A stretch of DNA of 64,000 bases from Octopus vulgaris (lineage: Eukaryota): NCBI GenBank assembly GCA_951406725.2, contig OX597825.1, positions 33,170,001 through 33,234,000 on the forward strand, given 5' to 3'. Below, one piece after another: positions 52,621 to 64,000 of this stretch. The notes under the pieces were generated by a model, which was not told where the DNA came from, did not search any database, and saw only the letters and a program-made list of their open reading frames with translations. The position numbers were made by a program, and so were the translations under genes. Position 1 is the first letter of the stretch. Every line of letters starts with the position of its first letter.

Positions 52621-53463
52621 CAGGTTTTTAAATATGCTCATCATAAATATGAATTACAGAATAGAAAAAGATCATTTCAATTGGATTTGAGTTGTAATTT
52701 TTATATGTACACACAGCAAGAAATAACATAATTTGTACAGCGGTTTTACCTATTGTGTGTGGGTGGGTGTGTATGTGTGTGTATGTGTGAAAGGAATTTA
52801 TTTTATGGCATTCATTTGAAGCAGCAAAGTTGTCAACTTGATCATATGGTCGATCATATGGAATCAAATGATTGTTCGTTTATTTCTGTAAAAATTTTTT
52901 ATTTCTTTATGCTTTGAAGAGAGGAGAAAGTGGAAAGGAGACATTTGCTTTGAAGTGAGAGCAGAAAGTGAAAGATAGTGTATATGGAATGGATGTGTGT
53001 GTGTGTGCGCTTGTGCATGTGGGAGAGAGAGAGAGGGGAAGGAGAGAGAGGGGGAAAGAGAGGAGAGAGAGAGGGGAGGGAGAGAGAGGGGAGGGAGAGA
53101 GAGGAGAGAGAGAGAGTGAGTGAAGGTGTGTGTTGTCATGTATGTATTCTTTTGCATGTATGTGTGACACTCAATCGCTCTCTCTCTCTCTCTCTCTCTC
53201 ACACATACACATATTGTCTTTCATATACACATACATAAATTTTTTGTATGTATGTGTGCATGAGAGAGAGAGAGAGTGAGTGATTGTATTTTCTCATAAC
53301 ATATAGAGAAATGGATGTTTTTTAGTGAGTGACTAATTCAGAAAAATATTACTTTCATTATTCACACATCATTACTCTTGTAATGCAATACTTTGTAATT
53401 TTTGTTCAAATTGAAAGTGTGAAGCTACTTTCACTTTCTAATGAAGCCTATTTCATTACTGAG

Positions 53464-53642
53464 TTTACATCGATTACTCCACCTTTCTATGCTATAAAAT
53501 TACCTCTCCCCCTACTTTTCCACTGAATGAAATCACTGACTTTAGGAGTTTAACTCAATTCCATTATAATTGCTGAAGTATTTCAGACGAAATGTTAATA
53601 GCCCAATCCAAATCTCACCCTTCCCTAGATCTTTTAGCACTA
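53464..53642. repeat. Inverted copy of 60128-60306
   Basis: GATTACTCCACCTTTCTATGCTATAAAATTA...TAGATCTTTTAGCACTA is the reverse complement of 60128-60306 at roughly 90-95% identity by eye. Confidence 0.92.
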
Positions 53643-54347
53643 CTGAGTTGCTTTGTTGAACATTACATCAGAAATACTTTGTGGATTAGACTTTATTAGT
53701 GTCTTTCAAATAACTATAAATGGTTGCTGAGATAACATAGAAAATTTGTAAATGAAAATAAAGTTTATTTGGTAGCCAAAAGATTACTGAATCTTTTGAC
53801 ACCCCATACATCAAAACCGGCAACTCAGTTTTCAAATGCATCAGGAACACACACACACACTGTTAGCACACTGGGAAAAATGCTTCATAGCATTCCGTCT
53901 GTTCTTATGTTCTGAGTTCAAATTCTGCTGAGGCTGGCTTTGCCTTTCATCCTTCTGGGGTCAATAAGTACCAGTGAAATACTGTTGGTCAATGTAATGA
54001 ACTGGTCCCCTCTCAAAAATGTCATGCCTTGTGCCTTTAGTAGAAAGGATTAATACAATTTTTAGTTATGGCTTTTACATTCTAAGTTCAAGGTCAACTT
54101 TATCATTTATCCTTTCAGGGTCAATAAAGATAAGTACCTGTAGAGCATTGGGGTTGATGGGATCAACTAACCTCTACCCAAAAATTTCATGCCTCGTGCC
54201 TAAAGTAGAAAGAATGATTGTTGTTGTTGTTGTTATAAATACTGAACTATATACAACTGATTATTATACATTATGCTCAGCATATATCCATGATGCTAAA
54301 AAAAGAGAGGAAATTAGTGTTATTCATCCATGATCAACCTTCTCGTA

Positions 54348-54454
54348 TCACCACCACCAACAACACCACTGCTACCACCACCACCACCACCACCATTGCC
54401 GCCACAACCAACAATGCTGCTGCTGCTGCTGCTACTACTACTACTACTACTGCT

Positions 54455-54485
<31 letters not shown>

Positions 54486-54630
54486 CTTTTACCAGCTAGA
54501 ATTACTCCCAACACTTAGTTTCACGACCATCATTAACAGTACTACTATGACCATTAATATCAACACCACTACCATCATCACCACCACCACCATGTCCATC
54601 GTTTCCACCACCACTACCATTGCCACTACC
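54348..54630. repeat. Compound trinucleotide microsatellite (CAC/GCT/ACT)
   Basis: Read directly; intronic. Confidence 0.9.
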
Positions 54631-54789
54631 ATGTGTGTATTCAGTGGCATAGCAAAGGTTCTCAGTGCTTGGGGACAAAGACATATTTAACTTGCTCACC
54701 TTGTAATTAACAGGCATAATTATGTAAAGGAGGAAATGTGCAGTCACTGTTGCATCCAGATTCAGAAACTGACTGAGGATGTCAAAATG

Positions 54790-56800
54790 GAGTGGAGATT
54801 GCTTTGTTGGTAGTTTATTCTTTGGCTGTGAAATGCTGTGGATGAAAGCAACTCAATGTGACACCAGGTGACAAAAGAAACCCCTGATTTAACCAGGAAG
54901 TTAAAAATGCCAACTGAGCAAAGAAGGGAACTTACAAAGCTTGGCTTGGAAACAAATCTCTTTTGCACAAGCAGTACACTGTGGTGCCAAAAGTTGGAAG
55001 GACTTTGGGTTTAAGCTGGCTCCTGATTTTAGATTGGCCAATAAAGTATTTTGGCAAACCATCTGCCAACTTCATAACAAGAAGTCTTCTCCCACACATG
55101 CCATTAAGAACCTGGATGGAGTTCTTCTCTCTACAGAAAGGTGCATTCTTAAGAGGTAAAGAGAATACCTTAAATCTGGTCGTGATAAAATCTTCTGCGG
55201 GGATACGAAGTACATCAAGGAGTGAAGACTAACCTCAAAGACACTGTAGTTATAGAAGTGATTAAAATGCTCAAACACAGTAAGGCCATTGGAGAAGATG
55301 AAATTTGGCCTGAGATGTTAAAAGCTTTAAATATCAAAGATATTCTCTGATTGACTTGTGTATGGCAGGTGGTTTGGACTTCTGGAAAGATACCAAAGCA
55401 ATGGCAATCCAGGATGATAATCCCAATTTTTAAAAAGAGGGACATGAATGAGTGCTCTAGTTATAGAAGAATCCTCTCCTTGAGACTTCCTGGTAAAATT
55501 TACACTAGGTATCTGGAAAAGAAATGTAGGGAAATTGTTGAACCCAAAGCTTGCTGAAGAACAGTGTGGTTTCCATCCTGGAAGCAGCACAACTAACCAG
55601 GTAATCACTCTATGGAAGGTCTTTGAGAAATCATGGGACTATTAAAAGAGGTGTACACTTACTTTGTAGACCTCAAAAACTCATATGACCAGGTATCACA
55701 GGACATGCTGTGGAGGGTTTTACGAGAGTTTGGGATTAATGGGCAACTTGTGGTTGCTTTTAAGTTCCTTCATAAATGCCCATTTGTCTGAATTTGGGTA
55801 AATGGTGCTATGCCGAAACCCTTTAACGTGGGCGTTGAACTTTGGCTGGTATGTGTAATATCACTTTGCCTTTTCATAATTTTTATAAACTGGATTAGCA
55901 TGTGCAGCCATTATGGAAGTGGTATCACAATCAATGAATGTAGGACCAGGCAGCTGATATCTGCAGATGGCATGGTGCTACTTGGGTCATTAGATGGTGA
56001 TCTGCAAGATATATCGAACAGGTTCAATGCTGAGTGCTGTAAGGCAGGGCTGAGATATTGAGATATTGATCCTCTCAAGAAACTCATCTCAGTGCCCTCT
56101 GCATATTAGTGGAACACCACTAAAGCAAGATGAGATTTTAAGTTTCTTGGGGATTTATTCATAAGAGATGGAAGGCAAGGGGCTTAATTGGATGCCAGGA
56201 TTACAGTTGCTAGCATAATAATGCACCAGATCCAGCATTCGATTCTCAGGAGAGAAGAGGTTGGTAAAAAAGCCAAAGTTGTTGTCTTCAGTTCACTTTT
56301 CATGCTTATCCTCATCTATGGTCATGAATATTGAGTAATGACTGAAAGAGTTCCAGTACTACGAACATGTAATAAGAAAGTCACAGAAAAGAATAGCAGA
56401 ACAGATTCTTCAAGACAAGCCAACCAGCAGGTGACCTAGGGTAGACCAAGAATGAGATGAATGGATAATATCCATAGTCTCAGTTGGCTATACTTGAGAA
56501 TTTAACCAAAAAATCTAATGAAGGTTGCTTCTGATAGGACCCTATGGAGGAGGTACTATAGGACTCTATCCCATAACCCTTCCAGGAATAAAGGGATCCT
56601 GTGGAGGAGGTATTATAGGGCTCTATCTCCATAACCCTTCCAGGAATAATGGGACCCTATGGAGGAGGTATTATAGTACTCTATCCCCATAACCCTTCCA
56701 GGAATAATGGGACCCTATGGAGGAGGTACTACAGGACTCTATCCCTATAACCCTTCCAGGAATAACGGGCAGAGAAGATGGAAAATAGATGGATAGAAAG
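54790..56800 (+). mobile_element. Decayed RTE-clade LINE (Expander/Rex3-like)
   Basis: KAIGEDEIWPEMLK...IPKQWQSRMIIPIFKK...EEQCGFHPG...FVDLKNSYDQV with many stops and frameshifts. Confidence 0.85.
56537..56766 (+). repeat. About 58-bp tandem repeat, 4 copies, at the LINE 3' end
   Basis: Unit GGACCCTATGGAGGAGGTAYTATAGGACTCTATCCCCATAACCCTTCCAGGAATAA. Confidence 0.9.
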
Positions 56801-57386
56801 AATTTTGTGCCTTTTAACACCTCCACCCAGGAAAAAGAAAACAAATTCCCCCACTCACCCATCCCATTCATCACTAAGCCTCTGTGTGTCGCTACAGTAA
56901 CATTACTTTGCCAACTTCAACTGTTTATAACACAATCAAAGCAAATTTAATTTTTATATAAATCAAAGTTAGTGATTTTTCAGGGATCACACAGCATTAG
57001 ATAAAATACTATGAGGTCATTTGTTACAGATTTCTGTGCTCTTTGAGTTCTAATTCCACTGAGATCAACTTTGCTTTTTATCTTTTTGGGGGTTAATAAA
57101 TAAAATACAAAGGCAGTGAAGGAGGAATTATTACAACATTGAACAAGATTCCTTGTGATACCTGAAATGGCTCTTTGCATTCTGAGTTCAGAATCTGCCT
57201 CATAGTGGTGGCCTCCTTATGGTGAGAAATGGGTCCTGCAAGGCATGACTGGTGGTGACAGGCCTCACAGATCAGACTGAATGATACATTGATTGAACCA
57301 ACATCTATATATATTAGTAGAATAAGTGAACCCTACACAAGCAGGATAAATGCTAGAAGAGTTATAAGATTTACAAAGTTCCTTAC

Positions 57387-59939
57387 CTGTTTAGCTGCAT
57401 TTGTTAGTTCACCTGTTGCACTGAGCTTGTCTTTAAGATGATTAAAGGCACTTTGTGAAGCAGGTAATAAATCATCTATAGAGAGGAAGGATTGTTTTTC
57501 CACTAGATCAATGCAATAACCCAGATGATGTTCATTTACTCCAGGTAAAAGTTTATATTTTCCTTGAATGGTTTTCCCTGGCAAACTGAGGTGAGATAAA
57601 GAGGAGCAGTGAGATAAACTTCCACTGTTAAGTCGACTTAATTGCCGACTGGGAACTGAAATTGTGTCTTGATTTTGCACATTGTTCCCTTTTGGTCCAA
57701 TTTTCCAGTTCCCACCAAAATCTGGAACGTCACTACAACTGATACGAGATTCAAGGATTGGTCTCTCTGTTGTCATGAATAGAGAGCTAGGGATAGTAGT
57801 TGTTGGTGTGGGTGGGCAAGGGCTGCCAATTACTTTAGTTGTAAATACTGGGCTGTCTTCAAGTGATTGTTTAAATAAACTGGCACTATTTTTTCTTTGG
57901 TAATCATCATATGTTCTATCATAATTCTCGTTTGTTGAGTATGGTGACATTTGTTGAGGGAAAAATATGTTTTTGGAATCCATGTCCGGTGTTGTGACTT
58001 CTGAACATGCTGATATACTGGGTGAACAGTTTGAGAAATGGTTAAAATTTGAAGAAGTATTTGATGATACAATTGATATTTTCAGTGGTACACCTTTACG
58101 TTTAAGTTCTTTGTATCGTTTTGAAGCATTGTTGCTATTCTGTAATTCAGATTTCATTAATGGAAGTTCAGAATTACTAACTTTGTTATCATAGGCTCTA
58201 TAAGAACTTGTCTCAAATACTTCATCACTTCTTGAACAACTATTACCATTTCTCGATGTTGGATAAACAAATCTGCTCTTATTTGAAGGACTATAGATGG
58301 GACTATCTTGGTTGGACATTAAACATGATTTCTTTTGCATACTGAAATTATTGTTAGATACATATAAATAATCATCTGAACTTGGTAAGAATTCCGCCTC
58401 TTTTGTTTTCATGTCAAAGCAGTTCTCCAGCCATTGTTGTTTCTCAGAGTTGTGATGGCATATTATTTGGTTAGAAGTGTTGGAAGGATTAGATTCCGTT
58501 TCAAAACCACTGTCAATGATTTTCCTGTGTATATCGTCAGCTGAATTATTCCTTTGAAATAATGACTTTTCTTCCCTTAGAATTTTTCGAGTTAAAGCTT
58601 CAGTTGCTGAAGAAAGACAAGATATATCAGTAGTGTAATCACAAGAAAAATTCTGAGATGATTCCAAATCAGAGCTGTTGTTGGTTTGATAACTGCTGGA
58701 ACAACTGAACTGATAATCATTTGTATTTTCCCTGAACTCATTGTTGACTTTATTATTAAAAGGTCTACAATGGTTATTAGGATTAGAAAGAATGATTTTA
58801 TTCCCTGGCAATACTGAATTAGAAGAATTAATATGAGTTAGAGATGGTTTTTGAGACTGTGTATCATTAAATTGTTTCTTTTTTTTAAAGGTATCTTTTA
58901 TTTGTTTTTGAGATGAAACATTATTAAAAGCCATTCCTCGAGAAGTCAGTGTTTTCTGTAAATTCATTCTTGCTTTGTTCTTTCTCTGAACTTTTCTCAA
59001 GTGATTTTCTTCTGAAATATAATCTTGATCAACTATGTTATTGACATCTTTCCTTGGGTGGCTCTGAATTTTCTCATGAAAAGCTGCTGTTTCACCACTC
59101 ATATGTGTGTCATCTTTACTACTTTCTGGTGTGTTTAAATTATTTTCTTCAGAAAAGCTTTTAGAGAATTGTTCATTGAAAAAGAAGCTGTGAGGGCTAT
59201 AATTATGTTTATTTGTGAAAAAGCTCCAGTGATAATTATAAGGATCAGAATCTATTGATGTTTTCCTATCAATGAACTTATTTTCTGAGATAAAGTCATC
59301 TTGTTTGTTATCTTCATATGGTGAAATAAAGTCATTGAATTCAGTTGGACTGATTTCACTGTCACTATCCTTCCCAGCTTCTACAAGCATAGAGATGTTG
59401 CTGCTAAGGGAATCTTCATTTCCAGGTGAAATTGAAGAATGCCTTGAAAATCCTGTAGAAAACTCTGATGGCACAATGTTTGCATTATTAGCCGGAGCTA
59501 CAAAAATTGTTTTTATTCTTTGCTGTGTCTGAGGAATTTTACTTTTATCTAATGAATTTGGATTCATTTCACTCCAGTTCTTATGTAAACTCTCTTCACT
59601 TGCCGTAGGAAAAAAACCCAATTTACCCTTTACAACAGTTTTATTCTCGGGTTTAACTAATGGTTGCCACTGAGTTGCTTTGTTGAACATTGCATCAGAT
59701 ATACTTTGTGGATTAGACTTCTGTGTCTTTACATTTTGATATCGATTCTTTTTTGGCATTTGGATTAATTTGTCACATACTGACAGAATCATTTCCAGAG
59801 TAATCAGAGCGAAAGATCGAATGTCCGGAAGGAAGAATGTTTGACGGCTCTTACATGTTGGGTTATCTGCTCCTTGTAGTAGAGACCCAAATATGCTTAC
59901 ATATTCAAAATCCCCAAGGGCAGCACGAAACAACGAATT
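57387..59939 (-). CDS. Pseudokinase giant exon (DFE, alphaF, ~720-aa insertion)
   Basis: TTTCAG|NSLFRAALGDFEY...PDIRSFALITLEMI...AAKQ|GTAAGG, 2553 nt open (851 codons), phase 0-0. Confidence 0.85.
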
Positions 59940-60866
59940 CTGAAATGAAAGAAATAATTTCATGCTTAATCATCATCATATGGTAATTATGGGTATGTCT
60001 ACACACAGAAATTCTTTATCTCTATATAAAACACTTATATATGAAACACAAGAATGACACTGTAGTCTTCATTTGTATGTGTGAATAAGAGTAGCAAAGC
60101 TTGTGATATTCTAAGGTATATTCCTCCTAGTGCTAAAAGATCTAGGGAAGGCTGAGATTTGGATAGGGCTATTAACATTTCGTCTGAAATACTTCAGCAA
60201 TTATAATGGAATTGAGTTAAACTCCTAAAGTCAGTGATTTTATTCAGTGGAAAGGTAGAGGGAGAGATAATTTTATAGCATAGAAAGGTGGAGTAATCAA
60301 TGTAAAATGTGAATGAATAGGATGATGTAAGAATGAAGGATGGCAGTCAATTGAAGTGGTTTCAAGTAGTGAGGTAGGTGTAGGAGTGGCTGTGTGGTAA
60401 GTAGCTTGCTTACGAACCACGTGGTTCTGGGTTCAGTCCCACTGTGTGGAACCTTGGGCAAGTGTCTTCTACTATAGCCTCGGGCCGACCAAAGCCTTGT
60501 GAGTGGATTAGGTAGACGGAAACTGAAAGAAGCCCGTTGTATATATGTATATATATGTATGTCTGTGTATATGTTTGTGTGTCTGTGTTTGCCCCCCCCC
60601 CCCAACATCGCTTGACAACCGATGCTGGTGTGTTTATGTCCCCATAACTTAGTGGTCCGGCAAAAGAGACCGATAGAATAAGTACTAGGCTAAGAATGAG
60701 TCCTGGGGTCGATTTGCTCGATTGACTAAAGGTGGTACTCCAGCATGGTCACAGTCAAATGACTGAAACAAGTAAAAGAGTAAAGAGAGAGTAAAGAGTC
60801 TTACAAATATAAAACAAATTTACATTTTCTTTTGCAAAAAATTCTGTAAAATATTAAACATCTTAC

Positions 60867-61062
60867 ATTCCCATTGTTGCCTCGAAGGTAAACTCTGATT
60901 GAAGAGAGATGTTTGTGCAGAATGTCGAGCCGGTGTAGCTGTTGCAGACCTTGTGATACATCACTTATAATCATACACTGTGTTGCTGCAGACAGTGGAG
61001 TTTCCATAGTCTTAAGATATTCCCGTAGACATCCATATTCAGGAAATTCCATGCAGATAATC
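60867..61062 (-). CDS. Pseudokinase exon (hinge to degenerate catalytic loop)
   Basis: IICMEFPEYGCLREYL...IISDVSQGLQQLHRLDILHKHLSSIRVYL: subdomains V-VIb with HRD replaced by HKH. 196 nt, phase 2 to 0. Confidence 0.85.
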
Positions 61063-61420
61063 CTTAAAAGCAAAATAGAATAAATTTTATTCTTTGTTTA
61101 ATATAGTATAAAAATGTTATTAAATAATGATACAATCAGTAAATTATGAAAAGGGTAGAGATATACAAACCACTATCACTGTACATAACACACTACTACC
61201 ACATATTATACACTACTAACATAAACAATATACAACCCGCTACCATTAAAGTACAGCACATAAAAATGTGGCTGTGTGTTAAGTAGCTTGCTTACCAACC
61301 ACATGGTTCTGGGTTCAGTCCCACTGCGTGGCACCTTGGGCAAGTGTCTTCTACTATAGCCTCGGGCCGACCAAAGCCTTGTGAGTGGATTTGGTAGATG
61401 GAAACTGAAAGAAGCCCGTC

Positions 61421-61465
<45 letters not shown>

Positions 61466-62645
61466 TGTGTGTGTATGTTTGTCCCCCTAGCATTGCTTGA
61501 CAACCGATGCCGGTGTGTTTATGTCCCCGTCACTTAGCGGTTCGGCAAAAGAGACCGATAGAATAAGTACTGGGCTTACAAAGAATAAGTCCCGGGGTCG
61601 AGTTACTCGACTAAAGGTGGTGCTCCAGCATGGCCGCAGACTGAAACAAGTAAAAGAGAGAAAGAGAAATAGTGGTACTGTATGGCATTAGGTGGTGCAC
61701 TAAGTGCGTTGTGTTTTATGGTTGTGTATTGTACTTTTTGTGGAGGTGCAATGTCCCAGTGGTTAGGGCAGCGAACTCGCAGATTTGATTCCCAGACCGG
61801 GTATTGTGTGTGTTTATTGAGCGAAAACACCTAAAAGCTCCACAAGGCTCAGCAGGGGGTGGTGGTGACCTCTGTTGTACTCTTTCGCCACAACTTTCTC
61901 TCACTCCCTCTTCCTGTTTCTTGAGTAATGCTGCGATGGACTGGCATCCCGTCCAGCTGGGGGGAACACATACGTCACAGAAACCGGGAAACCGGACCTA
62001 TGAGCCTGGCTAGGCTTGAAAAGGGCGACGTTTATTGTTTTTTTTTATCGTATTGTACTTGTTAGTAGGGTGTTGTACGTAGCATGATGCATGTGGTGGT
62101 TGTGATCTATATATAGGAATAAAGTGTTGTACACGGTGATAATGTGCTGTACATAATAATAGTGTTGTACATACTGGTAGTGTTTTGCATTTGGTAGTAA
62201 TGTTTTGTGGTAGATGGTAGTAGAATTTTGTATATATTAGTACAGGTAGAACACTGACTCTTCAGATATTGATGATCTGGAAAGTCTTATAATCTTCACT
62301 AATATATCAACAGAAACTTCAGATTCCTGCAGCTGCCAGACTAGTCTACTGGTATCTTACACAGTACCGAATTGATAAAATTGTGTTATTTATAATAATG
62401 TACCTGTATTTCATTTAATTACTTTTTACTCTTTTACTTGTTTCAGTCATTTGACTGTGGCCATGCTGGAGCACCACCTTTAGTCGAGCAAATCAACCCC
62501 AGGACTTATTCTTTGTAAGCCTAGTACTTATTCTATCGGTCTCTTTTGCTGAACCGCTAAGTTATGGGGATGCAAATACACCAGCATTGGTTGTCAAGCA
62601 ATGTTGAGGGGTGGGGTGGAAGAGACAAACACAGACACACAAACT

Positions 62646-62683
<38 letters not shown>

Positions 62684-63872
62684 CATATATACGACAGGCT
62701 TCTTTCAGTTTCCGTCTACCAAATCTACTCACAAGGCTTTGGTCGGCCTGAGGCTATTGTAGAAGACATTTGCCCAAGGTGCCACACAGTGGGACTGAAC
62801 CCAGAACCATGTGGTTGGTAAGCAAGCTACTTTCCACACAGCCACTCCTGCACCTAAGTAAATTTAATATTTGTTCAATTTAGAGTATAATTACTGCTGG
62901 TTTGGAAAAATCAGTTGTTCAGAATGACTATGGAACCAAAGGTTGCAGAAAATTAATGTTATGCCTGTACATTTCAAATAATGATAGCATGTTGTATATT
63001 GTGGTAATATCTATGTTGATATAAGGTGGTGAGTTAGCAGAATTGTTAGCATGCCAGGAAAAATGTTTAGTGGCATTTTGCTAATTTTTACTTTCTGAGT
63101 TCAAATTCTGCCAAGGTCGACTTTCCCTTTCATCCTTTCGGGGTCGCTAAAGATAAGTACCAGTTGAGCACTGTGAGCACTGGGTCAATCTAATCAACTT
63201 AACCCCTTCCCTGAAATTTCTGGCTTTATGCCAAACTTTGAAAGCAATATTTATGTTGGTAGTGTTGTAAATGGAAGTGGTGTATTGTAAACGATAGTCT
63301 ATTAACTGTTACACTAGGTTTGGCATGGGCAACCTTTTTTGAGAAGTGGGCCACATGAGACATGGTTCCTCATCAGGTGGACTGCACAACTAAATAAATT
63401 AAATGTAATGTTTCATTTGGCATGCTATTCAGAGAGTCCCACAGCTTGCAGTCTACCCATGACTGCATTGGGTGTTGGTATGTAGTATATAGTAGTGTGT
63501 TGCATATGGTGACTGCTAGTGTGTTATAGATGTACCTGGATCTTTGGTGGGGTTTTTTTTTTCATGCTAAGAGTTGCTGAAGTATGGAACAAACTGCTGG
63601 TATCAGTTGTTGGTTGTCGGAGCACTGCATTCTTCAAAACTTCCATGCTTCTTGACATTCGCAAACACTACACCTGATTTTCTCCCCTCCATACACACGC
63701 AAGCATGTATCTGACTCATACACTGTTCACTTTCCAGACATTTGTACATTATTGCATATGCTTTATACACACTTTTGACAAGTTGTGGTGCACCTGAGTA
63801 CTGTATACAATAATTTCATCATTATTATTATCATTATTATTTTATTTGGTAGAATAATAAAAACAGCAATAC

Positions 63873-64000
63873 CTTGAATCACTAGAAACTGTATCTTGAC
63901 TGAGTAAAGAAACGATTTCATAATAAGGGTTAGTATTGCTTGTCCAAAGACATTGCAATAGATTTGGGTGTTTCACTTTTCGTAACATTCCAAGAACCAT
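63873..64000 (-). CDS. Pseudokinase exon (alphaC-beta4, HPN motif); 5' part lies outside the window
   Basis: MVLGMLRKVKHPNLLQCLWTSNTNPYYEIVSLLSQDTVSSDS then AG|GTATTG, phase 2, matching the next exon. Confidence 0.75.

Noticed and set aside
56537-56766. Regularly spaced repeats resembling a CRISPR array
   Set aside because: Units are contiguous with no unique spacers, the context is eukaryotic and no cas genes are present.
57333-57386. Hydrophobic C-terminal tail of the 876-aa ORF as a transmembrane anchor
   Set aside because: It lies past a strong CAG|GTAAGG donor and is most simply intron read-through.
62249-62320. Possible extra pseudokinase exon
   Set aside because: Weak donor and start phase incompatible with the upstream exon; 63873 joins 61062 directly in frame.

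Overview
AT-rich, repeat-dense animal genomic DNA. The SINE families and microsatellite load suggest an octopod cephalopod (inferred, not verified). Three spliced genes lie in tandem on the minus strand, each rebuilt by hand from GT-AG boundaries with consistent phases. (1) The 5' half of PINK1: four coding exons, 14069 to 1098, running off the left edge. (2) A complete six-exon SPRTN/Spartan gene, 38243 to 22132, about 714 aa, with HEMIH, PIP-like motifs and a UBZ4 finger. (3) The 3' part of an unnamed pseudokinase, 64000 to 49922. Its C-lobe is split by a ~720-aa low-complexity insertion carried on a 2553-nt exon, and it ends in a PDZ-type motif (ETTV). The most unusual non-coding features are a 3.66-kb near-perfect fold-back in PINK1 intron 1, a locally templated inverted repeat pair bracketing the giant pseudokinase exon, several long hairpins, and a repeat family with a hammerhead-ribozyme-like core. 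The rest is decayed mariner, Helitron, Penelope, R4/Dong, RTE and CR1 elements, MITEs and tRNA-derived SINEs. Repeat boundaries are approximate; exon coordinates were read base by base.
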